A stretch of DNA of 64,000 nucleotides from Methanomassiliicoccales archaeon (GTDB lineage Archaea; Thermoplasmatota; Thermoplasmata; Methanomassiliicoccales; JACIVX01), in NCBI GenBank assembly GCA_029907465.1, contig JARYLV010000003.1, positions 71,168 to 135,167 of the forward strand, read 5' to 3'. The notes under the pieces were generated by a model. The model was not told the origin of the DNA and searched no databases. It saw only the letters and a program-made list of their open reading frames with translations. Within the stretch, counting starts at the first letter, position 1. Each line of letters opens with the position of its first letter. Below are positions 8,970 to 17,808 of the stretch, piece after piece. The translations under genes were made by a program, and so were the position numbers.

Positions 8970-9107
8970 ATGAGCGAGGAGAAGAAAGGAAAAGCTGAAG
9001 AAGCTGCAGAAAAAACCGGAAAATTGATAGGGAAAGGCATTAAAAAGGGAGTCGAAGTGACCAAAGAGCTTGGAAAGGGCATTAAAAAGGGTCTCAAAGA
9101 CGAATAG
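8970..9107 (+). CDS. Small Lys/Gly-rich protein (45 aa), not in the ORF track
   Basis: ATG 8970 is preceded by GGAGG (8959-8963, spacing 6) and by the TATA-like AAAATATAAA (8917-8926). The translation is MSEEKKGKAEEAAEKTGKLIGKGIKKGVEVTKELGKGIKKGLKDE, with the GKGIKKG unit repeated. The stop is TAG at 9105-9107. Confidence 0.5.
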   Translation: MSEEKKGKAEEAAEKTGKLIGKGIKKGVEVTKELGKGIKKGLKDE

Positions 9108-9271
9108 AATCTGTCAGAGTATTTGTTGAACCTATCACAGGGCGCTGAGAAATACTTTCGGTAAACTCATTTGCGAGCATTGTATCCTGCAAAATCTTAT
9201 CTTTTCTTAATTTTCTGCCAACGGAAGTAAAGCAAGTCATATTTTGAATAAAGACCTGGACGATAGGAAAA

Positions 9272-10357
9272 ATGGCGAAATGCATATCGTGCGGAACTGA
9301 GACTGCCATAATCTCAAAAAGTATTGGACTGTGTAGAGAATGTATCATAAACTCAAATGAATGCAATCACGTCATCGTCGCTCGATCAAATGTCAGGAGG
9401 AAATACGGTCTCCCCATTTTCCCGCCGATTGATGGCAAGAAATGCGGGCGTTGTGTCAATGAATGTTGCATACCCGATGGAGAGAGAGGATACTGCGGTG
9501 TTAGAGAGAACGTATCGGGAAAGATTGAGAATGTGACAGGTGACGAGGCAATTGCGATAGCCTATTATGACCCATTGCCGACGAATTGTGTAGCTTCATG
9601 GGTATGTCCTGGCGGTACCGGCGCTGGCTTCCCCAGGTATTCATATAAAAGAGGGCCAGAAATCGGTTACAAAAATCTCGCCGTTTTCTATGGGGCGTGC
9701 ACATTTGATTGCCTTTTTTGCCAAAACTGGCATTACAAGGACTTGTGTCGATCCTCTTCACCGAGATTGGATGCAAGAAGGCTGGCTTCAATGGTCGATA
9801 CCGAAACGTCCTGCATATGCTTTTTCGGTGGTGATCCGACGCCCTTTATTGATCATTCGATCTCAACAGCAAGACATGCCCTCGCCAACTCACGTCGCAT
9901 TCTGCGGATTTGCTGGGAAAGTAACGGCTCAATGGGAGTCAACCATGCCAAAGAAATTGGAGACGTCGCCCTTGAAACGGGTGGCTGCGTGAAGATAGAT
10001 CTGAAAGCATGGAATGAGAGCCTTCACCGCGTTCTCTGTGGAACAACGAATAAATGGACCGTAAAAAATATTGAACTACTTTCTCAGATGGCGTCCTCGA
10101 GAAGAGAAGTACCGCTCCTGATCGTTTCAACCCCGCTCATACCTGGTTATGTCGATGAGGAAGAAATATCAGCCATTGCATCATTTCTTGCTGATCTTGA
10201 TCGAGATATTCCATATTCGCTGCTGGCGTTTCACCCAGAATATTTGATGTCCGATTTGCCAACGACATCAAGAGCGCACGCTCAAAGATGTCTTGAAGCC
10301 GCAAGAGATGCCGGCCTTAGACGTGTCAATATCGGAAATGAATGGCTCCTCAGATGA
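9272..10357 (+). CDS. AmmeMemoRadiSam-system radical SAM enzyme (PflA-like activase family)
   Basis: The radical SAM motif is CTFDCLFCQNWHY (CxxxCxxC). There is an N-terminal Cys-rich zinc-ribbon-like segment (CISCG...CRECI) and a GYCGVREN motif. Confidence 0.8.
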   Translation: MAKCISCGTETAIISKSIGLCRECIINSNECNHVIVARSNVRRKYGLPIFPPIDGKKCGRCVNECCIPDGERGYCGVRENVSGKIENVTGDEAIAIAYYDPLPTNCVASWVCPGGTGAGFPRYSYKRGPEIGYKNLAVFYGACTFDCLFCQNWHYKDLCRSSSPRLDARRLASMVDTETSCICFFGGDPTPFIDHSISTARHALANSRRILRICWESNGSMGVNHAKEIGDVALETGGCVKIDLKAWNESLHRVLCGTTNKWTVKNIELLSQMASSRREVPLLIVSTPLIPGYVDEEEISAIASFLADLDRDIPYSLLAFHPEYLMSDLPTTSRAHAQRCLEAARDAGLRRVNIGNEWLLR

Positions 10358-10550
10358 ACAGGGGACGGCGAAAAATATACCATTTCCTTTTGATTGATTT
10401 GTCAGGATGTCCCAATGAAGATTATCATGAATGCGCATAGAGGTTCGTCGAGTAATTCACTTGTATCAATGGATGAGAACATAGATGCCATTGGTGATAT
10501 GCGCAAACTAATCATTATTTCTTAAAGTTAAAAAACTCAACCTTTCGGCC

Positions 10551-11330
10551 TTATTTTTTCTCGCCAGGAAACATCATGTCGAATTCCCGAATTTTCAATT
10601 TCATGATCCTGAAAGCGATCGTTGCGATAGCAAAACTTGCGATTAGACCAGCGAAATAAATTTCCATTCCCTGTGAAAAGATCACTCCCAATATGGCGAA
10701 GAAATTGAACAGAGCATGAATGATTACGGCGAGGATCACATACTGCAACCATCGAGAACGACGTCCGATCTGTCTGAAGAGTTTAGCCTTGCCAATTCCA
10801 TATCCAGAAATCGCGGTCGAGCTTGCGTGAAGGACCGTCGAAGTCAAGGTTCTTAAGACCGCAGTGACTAAGAAGACCTCGAAGCCAGCGAGCAACGCGT
10901 CTCCGAAATAGATGACGTTCTCTGCCGCCGCAAACCCAAGGCCTGCGGCAGCGCCATAGATCATCCCGTCTTCGAGTTCTGCTAAGCGCCTATAAGCAAG
11001 AAAAACACCGCTCGCCTTGACGAATTCTTCAACTATCGGTGCAATGACCACTGCAAGGAGAAAAAGGTACACCTGTGGGCTAGGGCCTTCAATACCCCAT
11101 ATGAATCTGTTGAGCAAACTCCCATTCTCAAACAATAAGTAAATAAGCGAAGTTTCAATCACGAAAGCGATTCCAAAAGCAGCTGTTGATCCATAAAAAA
11201 GTACCAGGAATACGAAAGAAAGGGGTTCGCGCTTGCACATTTCTGTATTCCGGATCCAAAGGATATACAACACAGAAGGAGTGAGGGCAACAAGAATCAC
11301 CGCAATTATTTCCAAAGTCCCAATTTCCAT
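10551..11330 (-). CDS. PrsW-family intramembrane metalloprotease
   Basis: The protein is polytopic and carries EEFVKA and HALFN motifs, which match the PrsW signature. Confidence 0.7.
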   Translation of the reverse strand: MEIGTLEIIAVILVALTPSVLYILWIRNTEMCKREPLSFVFLVLFYGSTAAFGIAFVIETSLIYLLFENGSLLNRFIWGIEGPSPQVYLFLLAVVIAPIVEEFVKASGVFLAYRRLAELEDGMIYGAAAGLGFAAAENVIYFGDALLAGFEVFLVTAVLRTLTSTVLHASSTAISGYGIGKAKLFRQIGRRSRWLQYVILAVIIHALFNFFAILGVIFSQGMEIYFAGLIASFAIATIAFRIMKLKIREFDMMFPGEKK

Positions 11331-11432
11331 TTTTTCCCAGATAACAAAGGGCCGGCATGGCTAATAAAAATTGTCCAAGCTGATATCATAAAACAAAAAC
11401 ATCAATTACTACAGTTTTCAATCGTCTAAAAC

Positions 11433-11903
11433 ATGGATCGGATATCAAAGCGGTTCATGGATACGATAGTTGGCGATGTTTATGACCAGATTGTGAAACG
11501 GCCATCAACCGTCAAGCCGAGCGCGAAAATTAGGGACGCAATAGAAGAAATGCTTCAAAATCCTATCTCGAGGAAGGTATACGTCGTCGATGATGATGGC
11601 AAACTCATGGGAACTGTAACCACTGAAACGATACTCAGACTTTTGGGCTATCGCGTTGGTGTGAGGGAGGGGGGTGCAATATCATTTTATAGATTTCTCA
11701 GAGACGCCCTTAAAGAAGATGTCCTGAGTGTGATGCAGAAGAGTACTGCTGTCAAGAAGGAGACGAGGCTAACAGATGTATTGCAACTGATGATTGAGAA
11801 TCACCTCAATGACCTTCCAGTTGTCGACGACCAGGGGAGACTCATTGGTGAGGTTATAAGTCTGGAACTCTTCATCATTGGAAAGAATGTTTTTGAGGGG
11901 TAG
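11433..11903 (+). CDS. CBS domain-pair protein
   Basis: There are two CBS repeats (…KVYVVDDDGKLMGTVT… and …LPVVDDQGRLIGEVIS…). The stop abuts the ATPase stop in a convergent arrangement. Confidence 0.75.
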   Translation: MDRISKRFMDTIVGDVYDQIVKRPSTVKPSAKIRDAIEEMLQNPISRKVYVVDDDGKLMGTVTTETILRLLGYRVGVREGGAISFYRFLRDALKEDVLSVMQKSTAVKKETRLTDVLQLMIENHLNDLPVVDDQGRLIGEVISLELFIIGKNVFEG

Positions 11904-11904
11904 A

Positions 11905-14721
11905 TCATCCCTGGCAACTGATCCTCTTTTGCTTTTTTCTCACAAAGACTTTGAATACCTCCATGACTAGGAGGAGGATCACCGCGAGCGAAAGCAACAT
12001 GAGCCATTCTTCCATCGATACGGGCTCGATTCTCAAGACCTCCTGCATTACCGGTACATGCATCGCCAGGATGTGAATGCCCTGGGCGCCTAACACACCC
12101 AATAGGAGATAATAATTCTTGCTGATCGGAACTCTGAATGCCGACTCATATTCTGAACGGCAATTGAAAACATGAACATTCTCAAGGAGCACCATGAAGA
12201 GGAACGTGAGATTCGATGCTTCGAAATACGAGCGACCATCGACCACAATTAGATAGTAAAATAGAATAAAAGCGAGCGACCCCATTGTGATAGAGGACAG
12301 GGCGACCTGTCGGATCATCAGTTTATCGAAGATGCCTTCTGATGGATTGCGCGGAGGTTTCCTCATCACACCAGGGTCACCGGCCTCCATTGCAAGGACA
12401 ACATGCTGGATCCCGTTCGTAACCACGTTGAGCCACAAGAGCTGAATAGCTAGTAATGGTATCGCAAGATGAACGCCTTCAGCCTTGATGCCAATGAAAA
12501 TTGCGAGAATAAAGAGCAGGATTTCTGCAGCGCCTGTTGAGACCAACAGATATGTGACCTTTCTGATGTTCTCGTACGCGTACCTGCCTTCCTCCACCCC
12601 AGCGACGATTGACGCAAAGTTGTCATCGGTGATAATAATCGATGCCGCATCCTTTGCTACATCGGTTCCAGATCCCATCGCCACCCCGATATTGGCCTTT
12701 CTGAGTGCGGGTGCATCATTGACTCCGTCACCAGTGACAGCCACGAAATGGCCTATCTTCATCAACGCGTCAACAATCTGCAGCTTCTGAACAGGCGTCA
12801 CTCTCGCGAACACCTTTTTCCCTTTAACTAAATCGACAAATTCACGATCATCTGATGAATTAACCTGGGATAATTGGCTGCCTGTGACGACTTCGTTTTC
12901 AGATTCGGCGATCCCAAGATTTCTTGCGATTGCGAGTGCGGTTGAGGGATGATCCCCTGTGACCATGACCACGTCAATTCCTGCACATTTACATGTCTCG
13001 ACGGCTTTCTTGACCTCTGGTCTAGGGGGGTCAATGAGCCCCGCGAGTCCGAGGAATGTGAGTGGAGGAATGCCTTCTTCTCCGAGAGGGTTGCCATCTG
13101 GGTTGATTTCAGTTTCCCCGGACGCGACTGCAAGTACCCTATACCCATTACTTGCCATTGAACTCGCTTCATCCTCGATGACCTTTTTGTCAATTTGACT
13201 GATTCCGTTATTGGTCCTCATCATCTTGCAGAAATCCAGAACCACCTCAACAGACCCTTTAACAAAGACGCGTACCTTTCCATCAATAAGGTAGGATTTA
13301 GCAGCGTAGCGTCTCTCGGACTCGAAAGGAATTTCCCCGATGATGGGGAACTTCGTTCTCAAATCCGAAGGATCGATACCGACCTTGTGCGCAAAAACAA
13401 GGAACGAGATATCAACGGCATCTCCCGTCGCAGCCAAATCGTCACCTGAAATAGTCAGTGAGGCATCGTTGCAGAGAGTACTTGCCACGGCAAACTCTCT
13501 GAGTCTCTCCATATCGACGCTCCCGATGGGACTTTCCGATAGACGGGTCACCTCGCCCCTCACCGAATAGCCCTCGCCTGTGACGTGAAATTTTGAATCA
13601 ACTGGAAGGTAAACTAGTTTAACTGTCTGCATATTTACCGTCAATGTTCCTGTTTTGTCGCTTGCGATGCATGTACAGCTTCCTAGGGACTCTACCGCTG
13701 CGAGCCTTCTCACCAGCACATTTCTCCTTGACATCTTTGTGACTCTTACAACAAGTGCAACTGTCACAGCCACCGGGAGCCCCTCTGGAATGGCAGAGAC
13801 CGCGAGTGCAACAGCTAAAAAGAAGACTTCATCCAGAGGCATGCCCTTTACCGCAGCGACGATTGCAAGAAGAAGCGCTGCGCCCACGACGATCAAACTT
13901 ATCTGTTTCGAGAAGCGCTCGAGGCGCTGGATAAGCGGTGGTTTTGCACTTTCAGTGGAAGTAACGACCTCGGCAATCCGTCCGATCTCTGTCTCAATAC
14001 CTGTTGCGACCACAATTCCTAGCGCACGACCACTGCTGACCGTCGTACCAGCGAATGCGATATTTTTCCTGTCGCTCACAACAGTCTCTTCCGGCAACAG
14101 GGTCACTGCTTTTTCAACGGGAATCGATTCACCTGTGAGTAAAGACTCATCGACTGTGAAATTCGACAACGAGATCAGACGGATGTCGGCTGGAACCTTG
14201 TTTCCAGATTCCAAAACTACGAGATCACCGGGAACAAGATTCTCTGCTGGAATGACGAATTCTTTCCCTGACCTTCTCACCCTCGCACTCGCTTTTAGGA
14301 GTTGTTGCAAGCGTTCGGCACTTTTCTCCGCCTTCATTTCTTGGAGGGTCCCGATAATCGCGTTGATCATGACAACAATAAAAATAAATGTCGCATCGAG
14401 CGTTTCATCGAGAAAGAGCGCAACAAGGCCCGCTGCAATGAGTACATAAATGAGGGGGCTAAGAAATTGCCGGACAAATATTTCGATGATGGACGGTGGC
14501 CTCCTCATCGGTAGGACATTGGGACCAAATTCTTTCAATCGCCTCTCAGATTCATCTACGGAAAGCCCCCCTGGGCTTGTCTTGAGTCTTTCAAAAAGCT
14601 CTGCCTCCGAAATCGAATGCCATACGATTGAATTCGCTGGTTTGCTTGCTTCCGGCGATTCGCCTTGCTGTCGATACCCGCGGATAAGTCTGGATCTCTT
14701 TCTTTTTTTGGGCGTTTTCAT
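11905..14721 (-). CDS. P-type cation-transporting ATPase (type II, Ca2+/cation-ATPase-like)
   Basis: The motifs are TGES (LLTGESIPVEK), the DKTGTLT phosphorylation site, the TM4 motif IPEGLP and the hinge TGDGVNDAPAL. The protein is 938 aa. Confidence 0.9.
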   Translation of the reverse strand: MKTPKKRKRSRLIRGYRQQGESPEASKPANSIVWHSISEAELFERLKTSPGGLSVDESERRLKEFGPNVLPMRRPPSIIEIFVRQFLSPLIYVLIAAGLVALFLDETLDATFIFIVVMINAIIGTLQEMKAEKSAERLQQLLKASARVRRSGKEFVIPAENLVPGDLVVLESGNKVPADIRLISLSNFTVDESLLTGESIPVEKAVTLLPEETVVSDRKNIAFAGTTVSSGRALGIVVATGIETEIGRIAEVVTSTESAKPPLIQRLERFSKQISLIVVGAALLLAIVAAVKGMPLDEVFFLAVALAVSAIPEGLPVAVTVALVVRVTKMSRRNVLVRRLAAVESLGSCTCIASDKTGTLTVNMQTVKLVYLPVDSKFHVTGEGYSVRGEVTRLSESPIGSVDMERLREFAVASTLCNDASLTISGDDLAATGDAVDISFLVFAHKVGIDPSDLRTKFPIIGEIPFESERRYAAKSYLIDGKVRVFVKGSVEVVLDFCKMMRTNNGISQIDKKVIEDEASSMASNGYRVLAVASGETEINPDGNPLGEEGIPPLTFLGLAGLIDPPRPEVKKAVETCKCAGIDVVMVTGDHPSTALAIARNLGIAESENEVVTGSQLSQVNSSDDREFVDLVKGKKVFARVTPVQKLQIVDALMKIGHFVAVTGDGVNDAPALRKANIGVAMGSGTDVAKDAASIIITDDNFASIVAGVEEGRYAYENIRKVTYLLVSTGAAEILLFILAIFIGIKAEGVHLAIPLLAIQLLWLNVVTNGIQHVVLAMEAGDPGVMRKPPRNPSEGIFDKLMIRQVALSSITMGSLAFILFYYLIVVDGRSYFEASNLTFLFMVLLENVHVFNCRSEYESAFRVPISKNYYLLLGVLGAQGIHILAMHVPVMQEVLRIEPVSMEEWLMLLSLAVILLLVMEVFKVFVRKKQKRISCQG

Positions 14722-14780
14722 CTGTGACCAACCTTTGAAATCGACAAGCGGGCTAGCTCAAAAAAAAACTTAATTTGAGC

Positions 14781-14807
14781 CGGTTTTTTGTTTTTATAGA
14801 AAAACCG
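14781..14807. repeat. 8-bp inverted repeat (CGGTTTTT / AAAAACCG, 11-nt spacer) in the divergent ATPase/CBS promoter region
   Basis: Read directly from the sequence. An A9 run sits immediately upstream at 14760-14768. Confidence 0.5.
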
Positions 14808-14889
14808 ATTAATAATGCTTTCTTTACCGAGACGCCCATATGAATGGAGACTTCATCATAATCGTTAACATTCAATATCACCTCTTCCA

Positions 14890-15354
14890 TTGAGAATAAT
14901 GAGGGCTGCAATGACCGTTAGGAAAGCTATCGAAGATCTTCGGGTTAAGGACGTAATGACAAAGAATGTCATCGCGATTCACGAAAACACGTCGATCACG
15001 GAGCTCAAGGCGCTTTTCGACAAATATGACTATAACGGTTTCCCTGTTGTGCGCGACGGTTACCTCATCGGCATCGTCACTAAACTGGACTTACTGAAGA
15101 CCTTTTCAACTGGGAAAAGCGTTTCGAAAACGGATCTTCTTAAACTATTCGCTGAAAAGGTCGGAGAGATCATGAGAAAAGCCGTCATTTCAATCAACGC
15201 TGATGACGATTTGAAGAAGGCTATTGAATACATGGTTGAATTCAAGTTGAGGAGTTTACCAGTTGTTGACAATGAAGGTAAACTCGTCGGTATGATATCA
15301 CGCAAGGATGTCATGGAGCACTTATTGATTGCCGAGGACAATAACTCTAGTTAA
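14890..15354 (+). CDS. CBS domain-pair protein
   Basis: There are two CBS repeats (VKDVMTKNVIAI… and …LPVVDNEGKLVGMISRKDV). The true start may be ATG 14899 or ATG 14911; the latter is preceded by GAGGG. Confidence 0.75.
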   Translation: MRIMRAAMTVRKAIEDLRVKDVMTKNVIAIHENTSITELKALFDKYDYNGFPVVRDGYLIGIVTKLDLLKTFSTGKSVSKTDLLKLFAEKVGEIMRKAVISINADDDLKKAIEYMVEFKLRSLPVVDNEGKLVGMISRKDVMEHLLIAEDNNSS

Positions 15355-15479
15355 ATCAAAAGAAATTCATTGGACTTATTGTCGCTATTGCTGAGTTGAT
15401 GACCATGATAGTCCCGCCTTCATACCGAGTCATTTATTCAAGCGAAAGACACGGTGCATGGTGTGGAGAACGATTTTGG

Positions 15480-17364
15480 TCAGAAGTAATACCAGATACT
15501 CTCATAATCCTCGACGTTCTCTCCCCTTGAAGCTAGGCGATCGATGAACTCCGCAATCGGAACATCCCTGTAGATATAGGTAGGTGCGATGGCGATGTTC
15601 TTCTCCCATGGATGGAACTCGTAAACTCTCTCACCTTCCGAAGTGATCATAATCAAGTCATGGTGCTGCCAAGCCCTGAGATTGTTCTTGCCCAGCGCAG
15701 GGATATTGAAGACGGGTTCATCCGTTCTTGAGAGTCCTGGGATAAGGCGCGCTTCCTCCTTTGCCTCCTGCAGAATTCGCGCAATTGGAACTCTGAACCA
15801 GCGAGTTTCTTCCTTGCCTTTCGTGTTGAAGGTGTAATAGGGATCGACGCCGATTCTCTTGAGCAGGATTCTAAGCGCCACCGTCTCGAACCGCCTGCTA
15901 TTTTCGAAAGTGAAAACCTGTTGATTGTAAACCATTATTCCTTTTTTTCTGATTGCTTGCACAGCGTTCGCAGCATCTGGTGTGATTTCGTACGGATGCT
16001 CAAAATGCGTTACAATGCAGAGTTCCCTACTCGGCGGATTGTGCGCATCAGCAAGAACTCCGAGATATGAATCGTTGAATCGCATTGGCAAAACGACTGG
16101 TAGTCTCGTACCGATCCTGATCCTCTGTATATGTGGCATAGCCGCGAAACGTTCAATAATTTCCCGCTGTAGGTCGTCAGGTAGAACGGCTGGATCGCCG
16201 CCCGTGATCAGAACCTCCGTGATCGCAGGATGTTCTTCAAACCACTTGATCGCATCATTGATCTGCTGTCTCGTCGCTAACGCGCAAGGACTCAGAACCC
16301 CATCAATTTCCCAGTTCCTCTGACAATACACACACCTGGGCACACGCGTTATAGGGCTTGAATATTGCAATCATGGGATAGCGCCTCGTGATGAGAGAAA
16401 TCGGTGAAGTTTGTCGCTCCTTCATAAAATCGAAGACGACATTGCGCTTGTCTTTGAATGAGATCATCGCCTCTACGTAATCGAGTGAGGGGATCACTTG
16501 AGCTCGTAGAGCATGATCATTCTTACGACTTGCATCCTTGTCCATTAGAGAGAGGTAATAGGGTGTGATACCAAGCGGGATTCCGTTCTCAACAGCTAGC
16601 CTAATCGCTTCTCTTTCAGATATCGTGAGGTCAATAATTTCCGATATTATATCGGCATCCCTCAAAACATTCCTTAACTGCCACCGATAATCTTGCCAGT
16701 CGTCTTCTGTCCCACCGAGAACGTCGAGTATTCGCCTCTTATTAGCCTCTCTGATTTCAATGACCTTGGGATCAAGGCCATGAGCATATGAATTGATCCG
16801 TGAAAAGCAACGCCTTGCCAGTTCATCAAGATATTCGGATCGGACCCGAGCAGCTTCAGGCCCCTCAAATTCGAGAAACGGTGGTGCTTCTTCCTTATAA
16901 ATACCTGATTTGCCAAGAGACCCTTTGGCAATGTGAAGCACATCGAGGAAAAAGGCATGGAAAGCAGGGGGGACAATGTCGTAGCGCTTGACAAGATTGT
17001 AAAGAACTCTCAATGTGCTACAGCCAGCAACTTGCTCGTTCCTCCTTGAGAGGAAATTCTTCAAGACACGAACGCAACTTAGAGCAGTCACCCGCTCTAA
17101 AGCTTCAATGGAGCAATCACGGTCCAAGTAGAGTCGCTCCCTGCGCTCCGTCAACTGCATTAACCTTTCGCGAGCCTCTTCAATATCTTCACTGTTCTCA
17201 ATTTCCCTGTACATTTCAGGGTCCGTTTCAAACAGCTCATGAACCCTAAGGACGCGAGGTGTTGCTACTTGCATTTTCTCAGTGACAGAAGGTTCGCCAA
17301 GCTCAACCTGATCTGAGCGCGCTTCCTCAATTTGATAGAGATCTTCATCAGACATTTCAACCAC
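15480..17364 (-). pseudogene. KamA-family (lysine 2,3-aminomutase-like) radical SAM protein, long MJ0634-type, interrupted by a frameshift
   Basis: Two overlapping minus-strand ORFs (17364-16303 and 16370-15480) together form one KamA-like protein. The upstream ORF ends …PYNACAQVCVLSEELGN*. The downstream frame reads …RCVYCQRNWEIDG and continues to VLITGGDP. The frames switch in a (GT)4 tract, which is (AC)4 on the plus strand at 16328-16335. Confidence 0.8.
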
Positions 17365-17808
17365 CGAGGCGATTGAACACGCAGGCGGAAAAAGATACTA
17401 CATGACCAATAATGCCCGATGATATCTGCAATCAACCCTGCGCTGCGAAATTACTTCGTTGTTTTATTTATGAGGTTATTTTATAAATAATTATCCCCCC
17501 TCACAATGCTTGATTTTCAAGTTCCACTGTATTACTCAAATGGTTTGAGAGCTCCCGTTTATTGATCTTTGTTCGTTCACAATATGCATGCATCATCAAC
17601 CTCTCGTGGCGATATTTTCTCTTGCTAGGTGAAACAAGGGCAGAAAAATTCCTTCGCTATGAGGAATCGCATTGCCTAAATACTGGATCTGTCGCTGTCG
17701 CATAAACTTTTAAAAGGGCTCATTCTTTCAGGCAAAAAGATTTCACTTATAGAGTTGTGCTATCAGAGATAATGATTTTTACATGGGCATCTATATGCAA
17801 CCGATAAC

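Noticed and set aside
10415-10525. A 36-aa ORF (MKIIMNAHRGSSSNSLVSMDENIDAIGDMRKLIIIS) lies between the radical SAM and PrsW genes.
   Set aside because: It has no convincing ribosome-binding site or TATA element and no distinctive composition. It lies in a convergent 3' region where a gene is not needed to explain the spacer.
13655-14449. A 264-aa plus-strand ORF lies inside the P-type ATPase gene. Similar long antisense ORFs occur at 7981-8505, 20412-20900, 33430-34116, 38653-39192, 45694-46389, 60027-60608 and 60821-61264.
   Set aside because: Each lies antisense to a gene with unambiguous family motifs. Their translations are Ser/Arg/Leu/Thr-rich and low-complexity with no motifs. They are typical shadow ORFs.
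17365-17808. A 440-nt AT-rich spacer upstream of the GTPase-PolB pair was considered as a possible replication origin. It contains an ORB-like half-site: on the reverse strand, CAGTGGAAC at about 17521-17529 and a G6 run at about 17495-17500.
   Set aside because: Only one ORB-like copy was found. There is no inverted second copy on the other side of the AT-rich stretch (17458-17494). The spacing between the half-site and the G-run is longer than in known ORBs. No orc1/cdc6 gene is in the window. The region is more simply explained as a divergent promoter region.
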